Positions 41,916 through 50,511 of a stretch of 64,000 nt of DNA are shown here, piece by piece. The stretch's first letter is position 1, and every line of letters begins with the position of its first letter. The notes beneath the pieces were generated by a model that worked only from the letters and a program-made list of their open reading frames with translations, had not been told where the DNA came from and did not search any database. The DNA comes from Candidatus Binatia bacterium (GTDB lineage Bacteria > Desulfobacterota > Binatia > UBA9968 > CAXXLF01): contig CAXXLF010000001.1 of NCBI GenBank assembly GCA_963664015.2, positions 512,001-576,000 on the forward strand. The letters are read 5' to 3'. The position numbers and the translations under genes are program-made.

Positions 41916-43697
41916 TCACCTGGGCTCCGAAATCACATCGACCAAGGCCGGGAGTCGTTTTTCCTTAACGACTTTAAGTGCCCGCTCAAGGGCTGGACGA
42001 AGGTCTTGCGGCCTCTGCACAGGTCCCTCGCTATGAACACCGTAGCCCTCGGCCAACTTGGCATAATTGACAGGTGGATTGTCCACATGAGTGCCAATTC
42101 CGGCGTTCTCCACAGGACGTTTACGTAGTTTTGCCATCTGAACGGCGTGTTCTTCCGAATTGTAAAAGGACTGGTTGTTGTGCATGACGATTAACAGTGG
42201 GATTTTATGATGGGCAGCTGTCCACAGGGCGCTTGTGGTCATGAGAAGGTCCCCGTCGGACTGGATATCTACACAGATCTTACCACTTCCTAGGTGCGCC
42301 AAGGCGACGCCGAGGGAGGCCCCCATACCATACCCGACTCCGGCCCCACCGCTTCTCCCGAGATATTGATAGGGCTTGGTCCAGTCCCAGAGTTTTCGTG
42401 CCCAACCGTTAGCATTCCCGTTGGCCAAGACCCAGTCCTCATCCTTGATAACCTCACCGAGTTCCAGGGCGAGACAGGCCGTAGAGATTTTCTCTTTCTT
42501 GACCGTTGCACGGGCCTCCTCCAACCACCCTGTCCGCAACTGGTCATGGACCTTCTTGGCCCCATTCAACCGAGCCTCAATGGGGGCCCTTTTACTACTA
42601 TCGCTGGCGATCATTTGGCGACAGACCCGGGTCAATTCGGGAACCGTCAATGAAGTGTCCGCACATATGGCCACGTCGACCGGCTGCAGGTGTTGATAAT
42701 CAGTCGACCAACTGTGAACCAGGAGTTCCTTCAACGAAACATCGATAATCTTGACCGAGGGCTTGGTGACGTATTCCCAACGACGTGTGGTCCGGTTGAC
42801 CGTAATCAAGGAACCAAAGAGATCGGCCACATCCAAACCCAGGATAACATCCGCCGTTTTAAGGAGTTGGTCCCCCGATCCTGTCGCGTCCAGCGGGTGT
42901 GTGTTCGGAAAGTTGAACCGGTTTCCCTTATCGATCACGGGAATAGCCAAAAGCTCGGCCAACTCTACCAGTGAGCTCACCGCCCCCGGGTGGCGGCCGA
43001 AAAAATCAGCCAGGATCAGGGGCGATTGGGCTTCCACGAGCAACTTGGCGGCTTGCTGAATCGACTCAGGGTTGGGTGGCATTGGTGCCGGTATAGGATA
43101 GCGACTAACATCCGGAATCTCTATCTGTTCCTTGATCTCACCCTCCTGCAAATCGGCGTCATAGCAAATGTAGACCGGGGCCATCGGCTCCGTGGTGGCC
43201 AGTCGATAGCCACGGATAAAGGATTCGGTGACATCTCCCAGGCTGTGGGGTTGATCGTCCCACTTAACGTAATCACGGACCTGGTTCCCTTGAACCAATG
43301 CCGTGTGTATCCAGTCAATCCACGGCCGACGCTTTGTCGTATCCATGGGACCTGTACCGCCCAGTACGATGACCGGGACCCGATCGCACCACGCGTTAAA
43401 TATGGCCATGGTTGCGTGCTGGAGACCCACGATATTGTGGGCAATGGCAATCATTGGTTTTCCCTTCGCCTTCGCATAACCGTGGGCCAGCGAAACCGAA
43501 ATCTCCTCGTGACAGCAGAAGATCACTTCCGGCCGATGATTATCGCCATAGTTGACGATGGAATCATGAATACCGCGGAAGCTGGCCCCTGGATTGAAGG
43601 CCGCATACTCAATATCAAAAGACTTCATCAAGTCCACGATAACATCGGAACCATACTCTGCCTGTTTCTTTTCGATTCGTCGCTCCGGCTTAGCCAT
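41916..43697 (-). CDS. Thiamine-diphosphate-dependent enzyme (ALS/benzoylformate decarboxylase-like)
   Basis: NPGASF, CHEE...AHGYA, SDGD...HNN ThDP motif. Confidence 0.92.
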   Translation of the reverse strand: MAKPERRIEKKQAEYGSDVIVDLMKSFDIEYAAFNPGASFRGIHDSIVNYGDNHRPEVIFCCHEEISVSLAHGYAKAKGKPMIAIAHNIVGLQHATMAIFNAWCDRVPVIVLGGTGPMDTTKRRPWIDWIHTALVQGNQVRDYVKWDDQPHSLGDVTESFIRGYRLATTEPMAPVYICYDADLQEGEIKEQIEIPDVSRYPIPAPMPPNPESIQQAAKLLVEAQSPLILADFFGRHPGAVSSLVELAELLAIPVIDKGNRFNFPNTHPLDATGSGDQLLKTADVILGLDVADLFGSLITVNRTTRRWEYVTKPSVKIIDVSLKELLVHSWSTDYQHLQPVDVAICADTSLTVPELTRVCRQMIASDSSKRAPIEARLNGAKKVHDQLRTGWLEEARATVKKEKISTACLALELGEVIKDEDWVLANGNANGWARKLWDWTKPYQYLGRSGGAGVGYGMGASLGVALAHLGSGKICVDIQSDGDLLMTTSALWTAAHHKIPLLIVMHNNQSFYNSEEHAVQMAKLRKRPVENAGIGTHVDNPPVNYAKLAEGYGVHSEGPVQRPQDLRPALERALKVVKEKRLPALVDVISEPR

Positions 43698-43802
43698 GGA
43701 TTCTCCCCTTTCTCCAGTCAGACTCGATTGATTTTGCCTATCCGAGCTTCAACAGAACCACCCAACGAAACTCTCACCCTACCCCATACCGCGGTCCCAG
43801 CT

Positions 43803-44846
43803 TTACCAGCCCCCACTAGGAGGAGTGTTGACCCTGTCGATCAATTCCCGCAGCCTACCATAATCATTCCGGTTGAAAGGAATCAAGAGACGGGGGAGAT
43901 GAAGAGTCTCGGAGTCATCGGCCTCCTCCCGCAGGGACACCGTCGACCTAATCCGGCCTTTCGTCAAAATATCTTTGAAATCCAGGTTTAGATTTTCGAT
44001 CAGCTCTTCTGACGGAGGATGAGTTAGGCGCATTACCAGGTTCCGATTAACAAACCGATAGGAGTGGTAATTGCTATAAAATGTACGAAATTCATCAATG
44101 GCCGAATCCAGATCCTCAACGATTTTGTATAGACGCATGTCATGGTCCGAGATATATCCCTGCCGCAATAACCGCTTGCGGATGAACTCCTCCCATTCCC
44201 GCCAGTAGCCTTGGCCAGGAACATCGATGAACAAAATCGGCACGATCTGGCTTTTTCCCGTCTGGGCTAATGTCAGTGCCTCCATGGCCTCATCATGGGT
44301 GCCGAAACCACCGGGGAAAAACACGGCCCCATCGGTCTCTTTTACGAAGATCACCTTGCGAGTAAAGAAAAAGTGGAAGGTCATCAGTTTGCGATCGTTC
44401 TGGATGAACCGATTAGCCTTCTGGGCGAATGGGAGTTGGATATTGACTCCGAAACTATGCTCCCTCCCCGCCCCCTCATGCCCCCCCTGCATAATGCCGG
44501 TGCCCGCACCCGTTATCACCATGTATCCTTTCTCGCCCAGGCGCCGGCCAAGGCCTACGGCCATTTGATAATAGGGGTTGTCCTCCGCAACACGGGTTGA
44601 CCCGTACATGCTCACCTTGCGTACCAGTCGATAGGGAGCAAAGACTTTGAACGCATAGCGCAGCTCCTTGAGTGACCTGCTGAGAATTTTTATATCCCCA
44701 CGGCTAGTCTTGTCTCTATCCAGTTTCAACAAGGTTTGGACGAGCTCCACCATGAGATCCTCATTGGCAGAGCCGGTTTCCTTCTTGAGCCAATCCAGGA
44801 TTTTCTCTTCAAGCGACGATAGCGTGAGAACGTGGCGATTTGCCAT
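43803..44846 (-). CDS. LOG family (TIGR00730-like) nucleotide phosphoribohydrolase
   Basis: YGSTR, ITGAG.GIM, FFFTRK..FVK, PGGFGTHDE; alternative start at 44873. Confidence 0.9.
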   Translation of the reverse strand: MANRHVLTLSSLEEKILDWLKKETGSANEDLMVELVQTLLKLDRDKTSRGDIKILSRSLKELRYAFKVFAPYRLVRKVSMYGSTRVAEDNPYYQMAVGLGRRLGEKGYMVITGAGTGIMQGGHEGAGREHSFGVNIQLPFAQKANRFIQNDRKLMTFHFFFTRKVIFVKETDGAVFFPGGFGTHDEAMEALTLAQTGKSQIVPILFIDVPGQGYWREWEEFIRKRLLRQGYISDHDMRLYKIVEDLDSAIDEFRTFYSNYHSYRFVNRNLVMRLTHPPSEELIENLNLDFKDILTKGRIRSTVSLREEADDSETLHLPRLLIPFNRNDYGRLRELIDRVNTPPSGGW

Positions 44847-45394
44847 AACGGTTGCCTCGAATAAAACCTTCACGGCTTTAAAGCCGTAGCAGCTCTCCTT
44901 AAACCTTCACTAGCCTGCCATAGGTAGCCGCCGATTAAAAGGAATTTGGACCGCAGTGGCGGTCAATAAGCAAGGAACAATCTGTGGATTATTTCAATGA
45001 CAGGAGGGATTACGGTTTGACCGATTTATGATTTTCTTAACTTCTTATCGATCAAAAGGTCGGAGAAGATGTGGGCAACAAATCCAAGGATAATACAAGA
45101 AAGTTGGCGACAGACCCAATAGGTTCCCATGGTTCCTCCCAAACGGTACAAAATCAGTGCGATGAGGCGGCTCATATGAGTGTTATCTGTAAATTAAGTT
45201 TCATTATTCTAGACCCGCATAATTGGACCTTCAAAATAAATGAATATCCGATATTAAGAGATCAACCGGTTCATGACGTCAGGCAAACCCAAAGGAAGTC
45301 CGAAACAGAGCCGTGAAGGCTGGACCCCCCGCACCATTCAAAAGGCTAAACCCGCTGCGAAACCAGCAACCATGGAAATTATCCAGAGAATGAC

Positions 45395-45514
45395 CTAAAC
45401 TGTAGTCTGAGAGCGTAGCTCTAGAGAATCGTCAATGACGGACTCCACCATGATCCTCAGCTTCAACATAATTCGGGGATCCATTCGGAACCTGAGTATC
45501 TTTTGCCGATCCAT
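45395..45514 (-). CDS. Putative 39-aa microprotein downstream of a sigma-54 promoter
   Basis: GAGGG SD 6 nt before ATG; MDRQKILRFRMDPRIMLKLRIMVESVIDDSLELRSQTTV. Confidence 0.4.
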   Translation of the reverse strand: MDRQKILRFRMDPRIMLKLRIMVESVIDDSLELRSQTTV

Positions 45515-45583
45515 GCAAAGCCCTCACTAGACGAGTGGAAACACCATTATTCTTCCAATTAAGCCATAACTGCGATGACATAT

Positions 45584-45599
45584 TGCAAGAAAAAGGCCA
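45584..45599 (-). promoter_or_regulatory. Sigma-54 (-24/-12) promoter
   Basis: TGGCCTTTTTCTTGCA (GG-N10-GC), preceded by IHF-like TATCAG-ATAC-TTC. Confidence 0.65.
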
Positions 45600-45646
45600 G
45601 ATCGGAAGTATCTGATATTTAAGGGGTTACAATTTTTGAATCGATG

Positions 45647-45671
45647 AAGAATGACATTATGAGTCATTCTT
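45647..45671. promoter_or_regulatory. Palindromic operator, candidate activator (bEBP) site
   Basis: AAGAATGAC-N7-GTCATTCTT perfect inverted repeat between the divergent sigma-54 promoters. Confidence 0.55.
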
Positions 45672-45845
45672 AGTGGGAATAACTGGAAAGATTTTCACCA
45701 TGTGTAACGAAATGAGACTCGGTTCGGTAGCCGTCTAACGGCTACCCGGGTGATGGTCCATGACGGTACAATGCAGAACAATTTTTGCACGCATACTTGT
45801 CAATAGGGTCGACACAGGATTCTCATTCCTTAGGAGATACAATGA

Positions 45846-45879
45846 TATCAAACACTTACAGATTGGCATTCTCTTTGCA
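45846..45879 (+). promoter_or_regulatory. IHF site plus sigma-54 promoter
   Basis: TATCAA-ACAC-TTA (exact WATCAA-N4-TTR) followed by TGGCATTCTCTTTGCA (GG-N10-GC). Confidence 0.72.
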
Positions 45880-45905
45880 CACAATTATGAACGCGTTGAA
45901 AGAAG

Positions 45906-46079
45906 ATGAAGCAAATGAAAAAGACGAAAAACAAAAAGCGTGTTAAAAGTAACCCTGAGTGTACCACCTGCGGCTACCCCCACAATCCCCGATTAACTTG
46001 CCTGAAAGCCTGGCTGCGCTCATCTTCAACCTTGAATACATATGACGACGAGAAATTCATTGACAGTACCGCTGCCTAA
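45906..46079 (+). CDS. Putative 57-aa zinc-finger microprotein (below the ORF-track cutoff)
   Basis: MKQMKKTKNKKRVKSNPECTTCGYPHNPRLTCLKAWLRSSSTLNTYDDEKFIDSTAA; C-x2-C-x3-H-x5-C; directly after a sigma-54 promoter. Confidence 0.6.
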   Translation: MKQMKKTKNKKRVKSNPECTTCGYPHNPRLTCLKAWLRSSSTLNTYDDEKFIDSTAA

Positions 46080-46276
46080 TAGGGAGCGCCTCGAACCATC
46101 CCACCGAATTCGATCAAACGGCAATGTCCTAGAACACCGCTTTTCTGCGTATTTCTCATTCAAACCCGAATAGGCATTGAACGAGGTTCTCAAAACAACC
46201 CGCCCTTCTCAAATTCGGACAGAATTCCGCCAGGCCAAAAACCCCGGAACACTTTACAATCCCGGGTGTTACGTGT

Positions 46277-46291
46277 TGGCACCGCTATTGC
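46277..46291 (+). promoter_or_regulatory. Sigma-54 (-24/-12) promoter
   Basis: TGGCAC-CGCTA-TTGC, exact TGGCAC-N5-TTGC consensus. Confidence 0.75.
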
Positions 46292-46305
46292 GCAACCCTT
46301 TCGAC

Positions 46306-46545
46306 ATGGAGATTACAGAAATAGACAGGACCGAATCCGACGTCCCGGCGAATTGTCAGAGATGCCAAGCGGACGAGGTAAGTCACCATGTCTCAAGCGA
46401 ACTACTGAACTTGAAGGTCTGCGGAATGTGCGCTCACGCCGCACGGGAACTTGAGACGGTAGCTCAGCTCGCCCCTAGGATGCCGGCAAGGTTTCCAACT
46501 TGGCGACAGGCGAGGCGGAAGGTTGCTACTCTTAGAGCTGCTTAA
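46306..46545 (+). CDS. Putative 79-aa zinc-ribbon microprotein
   Basis: CQRC...CGMC, basic C-terminus ending RAA; the ATG lies about 3 nt after the predicted sigma-54 transcription start. Confidence 0.62.
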   Translation: MEITEIDRTESDVPANCQRCQADEVSHHVSSELLNLKVCGMCAHAARELETVAQLAPRMPARFPTWRQARRKVATLRAA

Positions 46546-46550
46546 GGCAG

Positions 46551-47546
46551 CTATAGAGTGAACTTTGAGAACACCTTTTCGGCGTTCTTTTGAAAGACCT
46601 TGTCCTTATCGTCTTGAGTGAGAACCGGTAGGCCTTCGATCAGCGGCCTAATGTCGTCGTACCACTTGCCCGTGCGGGGATTCATTTTGGCCCCTGCGCC
46701 TGGCCGTTCCGTACCAAACAAGCAGCGGTCGGCTCCAACGATCCTGAAAAGCAGATCTAACGATTCCGTGTTGTAGAGCGCGGTGTCGAAATAGAGTTTT
46801 TTGAGTTGCTCGTCGAAGGTCTCCGTGTTATTGGGCCCCCGCAGCTGCGACCGCCAGCGTCCTACCTGATAGGGAACCGATCCCCCTCCGTGACAAATGA
46901 TCAGCTTCAGTTTCGGGAAGTCCTCGAATACCTTGGAATGGGCAAGTGACAGAATCGCGATGCTCTCCTCGGTAATGAAATGGCCGTGGAAAGATTCCCT
47001 GGGATTTCTGCAGCTGGCGGGATGAACGAGGCCCGGCACATCCATTTGAACCATCTTCTCGTACAGAGGGTACCAGTATTCCTCACCCATAGCTGGAGTC
47101 AGTCCATCCCCCTCGCCGGGATCCGGGTTAATCATCACACCTACCATCCCCAATTCCTTGATACAGCGATCGAACTCATCCAGGGTGTTGCTCGGGCTTA
47201 CGCCGGCACACTGGGGGAGCCCCCCGATGCCACGAAAATAGTCGGGCTCGTTCTTACAAGCAAAGGCAATAGCGTTATTGGTGGCTTCGCAGAACCAGTG
47301 AACAATTTTTTCCGGCTTTTCCGAATGCATCATGGAGTAGGGGCGGGGAGAGATGAAGGCCTTTTCCGTACCCACCTCTTTCAACACATCTGAATGCTTA
47401 TGCCCCTGCCAGCGTGCTCGGTCGATGGACTCGGCGGTGATACCCGAGTTCCCTTTACCGTGAAAACCACGGCTATTGAGCAATCCTGCCTGATAAACAC
47501 CAAGCTCCCTGCCTGGAACAACGTGGTTATGGATATCGATAATCAT
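46551..47546 (-). CDS. Amidohydrolase_2 family, 4-oxalomesaconate hydratase (LigJ)-like
   Basis: IIDIHNH, ISPRP..MMH, INPDP, WYPLYEKMV..DVP..VH, HGGG.VPY..GR.R, FGTE..GA...NP.TG...DD. Confidence 0.85.
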   Translation of the reverse strand: MIIDIHNHVVPGRELGVYQAGLLNSRGFHGKGNSGITAESIDRARWQGHKHSDVLKEVGTEKAFISPRPYSMMHSEKPEKIVHWFCEATNNAIAFACKNEPDYFRGIGGLPQCAGVSPSNTLDEFDRCIKELGMVGVMINPDPGEGDGLTPAMGEEYWYPLYEKMVQMDVPGLVHPASCRNPRESFHGHFITEESIAILSLAHSKVFEDFPKLKLIICHGGGSVPYQVGRWRSQLRGPNNTETFDEQLKKLYFDTALYNTESLDLLFRIVGADRCLFGTERPGAGAKMNPRTGKWYDDIRPLIEGLPVLTQDDKDKVFQKNAEKVFSKFTL

Positions 47547-47660
47547 GGGAATCTCCTCTCGAGTCTTTCTAATTTAGCTGATAGCTGGAACATCTAGTAA
47601 TAAAGTCGGTGATTCATGTCAAGCCCCAGACCCGTAATGTGCCCAATGCCTAGGATCCCT

Positions 47661-49217
47661 TCACGCCGCACTATGTTCCTTTCCCATACGCAACAGCATG
47701 ACATTGACGATCAAGACTCCATAGATCCCTGCGATCAGAATAAAGAGATCATGATAGGCCTGGGTCATTGCTTCGTTGAGCAAGGTGTGACCCAGCAAGG
47801 AAAGCGCCTTATTTTGCAAAGTCATACCGAATTCACCCGCTTGCACCAGCAGGTCACGCATCTCGGATAAAATGGTAAGGCGTTCGGGTTCCGAAAATCG
47901 CGAACTTTGAAGCGGGTTCAACGATCTCAAATTAAAGAAAGAGTAGCGTTCTAGCAGGAGACTCAAGGTCGTGATACCAAAAGACTCTCCCAAGCCGCGG
48001 GTCATGCCGATAATCCCACTGGCCATCCGCACATTTCCATCGGGCAATGAGCCGAGAGCGACAGCGTTGAGAGGCGCATTCAGGCTCGACTGTCCAACAC
48101 TCTTCAGCCCTACGAGAAAAAGGATAAAGGCGGCACTGCTCCAAAGGGTTAATGTGGAAAACCCGTAAAGCGAGGCAATCAAGATCACGAGTCCTCCAAT
48201 CAAAGGGATGCGTGGGCCTAAACGGTCGGACACAATCCCCACCAAAGGAGAGCAGATCCCAGTCATCACAGCACCCGGGAGGAGAAAAATCCCCGCCTGC
48301 AGTGGAGTGTAATGAAGCGCCCTTTGTAGAAACAGGGCGAATAGGAAATTGGAGCCGCGAAATCCGAAAACCCTAAAAAACATGATGATGTTTGAGAGGG
48401 TGAAATTGACGCTGCGGAAGTGCCGTAGTTCTACGTACGGATGCGTCGCTCTTAGCTCGACCACTACAAAGAGAAACAACAGAATAATCGACGCAACAAA
48501 AAACGACATGACCGGCCGACTACCCCATCCCCATTCCCGGACTTGACTCAAGGTTAAAAGGAGCAAGACGGTGCCCCCCGTCAGGGTTGCAAAACCGGGC
48601 AAATCGAAGGGTTTGGCCCCCTTGCCACGGGATTTCGGTAGCAGAACAGTGACCGCCGCAATGCTCAGCAAACCCACCGGGATATTGATATAAAAGATCG
48701 CCCGCCAATGCACGTACTGAACCAGGTAGCCACCCAAAAGAGGCCCGAAGAACGGACCGATGGACCAACCGGTCATGAGCAGCCCCATGGCCAGGCCACG
48801 CTCGTTCCTCGGAAAAGCCTCGAACATGATCGACATGGCCACGGCGACCAACGGACCGGCACCAATGGCTTGAATGATTCTAAAAAGGATTAGGGAAGTC
48901 GCATCCCAGGCAATAGAACAGAGAAGGGACCCTGCCGTAAAAGCTGCCATACTCGCGATAAAAACATTTCGGTCCCCTATACGCCCCCCCAACCAACCCA
49001 CAGACGGCATGAGCACGGTTTTCGTAATCATAGGCCCCGTCAGAACCCACTGTATCTTATCCAAGGACACTGCCAACGAAACCATGATGCTTGGGATGGC
49101 AATGCTCACAGCCGTAATGCTGAGGGCCACGGAGAGCATTCCCAGGGACATGGCCAGGGCAATCCACCACTTGAGAAATGGACGCACTGTGGGAGAGGAT
49201 GCCCCCAAAGAATCCAT
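47661..49217 (-). CDS. DHA2 (EmrB/QacA) MFS efflux permease
   Basis: About 14 TMs, GWLGGRIGDR, GPFFGPLLGG, WRAIFYINIPVG. Confidence 0.92.
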   Translation of the reverse strand: MDSLGASSPTVRPFLKWWIALAMSLGMLSVALSITAVSIAIPSIMVSLAVSLDKIQWVLTGPMITKTVLMPSVGWLGGRIGDRNVFIASMAAFTAGSLLCSIAWDATSLILFRIIQAIGAGPLVAVAMSIMFEAFPRNERGLAMGLLMTGWSIGPFFGPLLGGYLVQYVHWRAIFYINIPVGLLSIAAVTVLLPKSRGKGAKPFDLPGFATLTGGTVLLLLTLSQVREWGWGSRPVMSFFVASIILLFLFVVVELRATHPYVELRHFRSVNFTLSNIIMFFRVFGFRGSNFLFALFLQRALHYTPLQAGIFLLPGAVMTGICSPLVGIVSDRLGPRIPLIGGLVILIASLYGFSTLTLWSSAAFILFLVGLKSVGQSSLNAPLNAVALGSLPDGNVRMASGIIGMTRGLGESFGITTLSLLLERYSFFNLRSLNPLQSSRFSEPERLTILSEMRDLLVQAGEFGMTLQNKALSLLGHTLLNEAMTQAYHDLFILIAGIYGVLIVNVMLLRMGKEHSAA

Positions 49218-50306
49218 CTATTTGGAACCCTTATTGATCCAGACAACCGCCAACATGCCGACCTTGAGCAGGCCGTCCCCGTTTTCCACGACTACCTTGA
49301 CTGGAATACGTTGTGTCGATTTTATGAACACACCCGTAAGCTTCTGAGGCGAGAAAAGGGAGAATTCGGAAACTGTGGCACCTCCAATTTCCGTGACCTT
49401 GCCAATAAAGTCGCGGTCCGGATAGGAATCAACCTTGACTTCGGCCTTGCTTCCCGGCTTCACGAAGCGGATTTCGGTCTCGTCCACATTGGCCTCAACC
49501 CAGTAACGGGTTGAGTCCACAACCATGAAGATCGGTTGCCCCTGTTGAACGAACTCGCCCTCATGGGAATGCTTCTTCACCACTACACCACCCACCACGC
49601 TGCGAATAGTCATGTGCTGAAGCTTGCGCTCCAAATTCGCCAGGCTCGCCTGGGCCTCACGTACCTCCGCCTCCCGGGCCTGGAGGTCGGCATCCTTGAT
49701 GGTCACCTCCCGCCCTTTGATCCGGACCAATTCCAGCGTCGCTTCCCCCTCACGGATAGTCTCCTCGAACGCGGAAAGTTTCGCTTCGGCTTGACGCATC
49801 TCCGTTTTGGCATGTCCCAGCGTCTGCGCTGCGATGAGCTTTCTTTTGAAAAGCTCCTGCGCCCGTCGAAAGTCCTCCCGGGCTAGCTCCGAATGAACAC
49901 GCGCATCCTCATGATTGTGACGGTAACGGCGGAGCGCCGCTTGCGCATGCACAGCCTCACCCTTCTGCGTTTCCTTATGGAACTGGATCTGCCGGCGCGC
50001 CTGGAGCAATCGACTGCGCGCGCCGTCCATCGCCGCTCGAGAATGCTGGATCTGGATCAAGATCTCCCCGCTGTCGAGTAAGACCATCACCTCGCCCGGC
50101 CTGACCGTATCCCCTTCTTCTTTGGAAAGGGATTTGATTCGGCCGGAGACCTCTGCGCTAATGGTTACGATCTCAGCCTTAATCCGGGCATCATCGGTGG
50201 ACACATATCCCAAGCTCCGCCACCACCAGGTAGCGAGCAAACCCATGGCAGCGACCATAACCACGGTAAAGACCAGGACCGTCCATTTTCGATAGTTCAT
50301 AGGCAA
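49218..50306 (-). CDS. EmrA/HlyD family membrane fusion protein
   Basis: STDDA, V.EGD.V..G, coiled coil, AN..ET, G.F.K..QRIPVKV. Confidence 0.92.
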   Translation of the reverse strand: MPMNYRKWTVLVFTVVMVAAMGLLATWWWRSLGYVSTDDARIKAEIVTISAEVSGRIKSLSKEEGDTVRPGEVMVLLDSGEILIQIQHSRAAMDGARSRLLQARRQIQFHKETQKGEAVHAQAALRRYRHNHEDARVHSELAREDFRRAQELFKRKLIAAQTLGHAKTEMRQAEAKLSAFEETIREGEATLELVRIKGREVTIKDADLQAREAEVREAQASLANLERKLQHMTIRSVVGGVVVKKHSHEGEFVQQGQPIFMVVDSTRYWVEANVDETEIRFVKPGSKAEVKVDSYPDRDFIGKVTEIGGATVSEFSLFSPQKLTGVFIKSTQRIPVKVVVENGDGLLKVGMLAVVWINKGSK

Positions 50307-50511
50307 TTTTTCACACCTTGATCACCTATCTCATAATTTCAAGAGTTCCCCATGGAACAAAATACCACTCATCTCTATTCGAAACGGAGAGTTCAAATCA
50401 ACATTGGGGATTTGGTAACCCAAACCCCTGGATTGACAGAACGTACCATGATTGGATAGTCTCCACCCAGCCTAACAAATGTCCGACCATCGAAAGTGAT
50501 GTGAGGTTTTC

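Noticed and set aside
42990-43991. 333-aa plus-strand ORF and other long antisense ORFs (e.g. 24982-25683, 40158-40940, 33152-33823)
   Set aside because: Shadow frames of well-supported opposite-strand genes, with no recognisable motifs
45275-45400. c-di-GMP-I riboswitch, suggested by GGCAAACC...GAAA
   Set aside because: Lacks the paired P2 stem and the GACGCAAAG continuation
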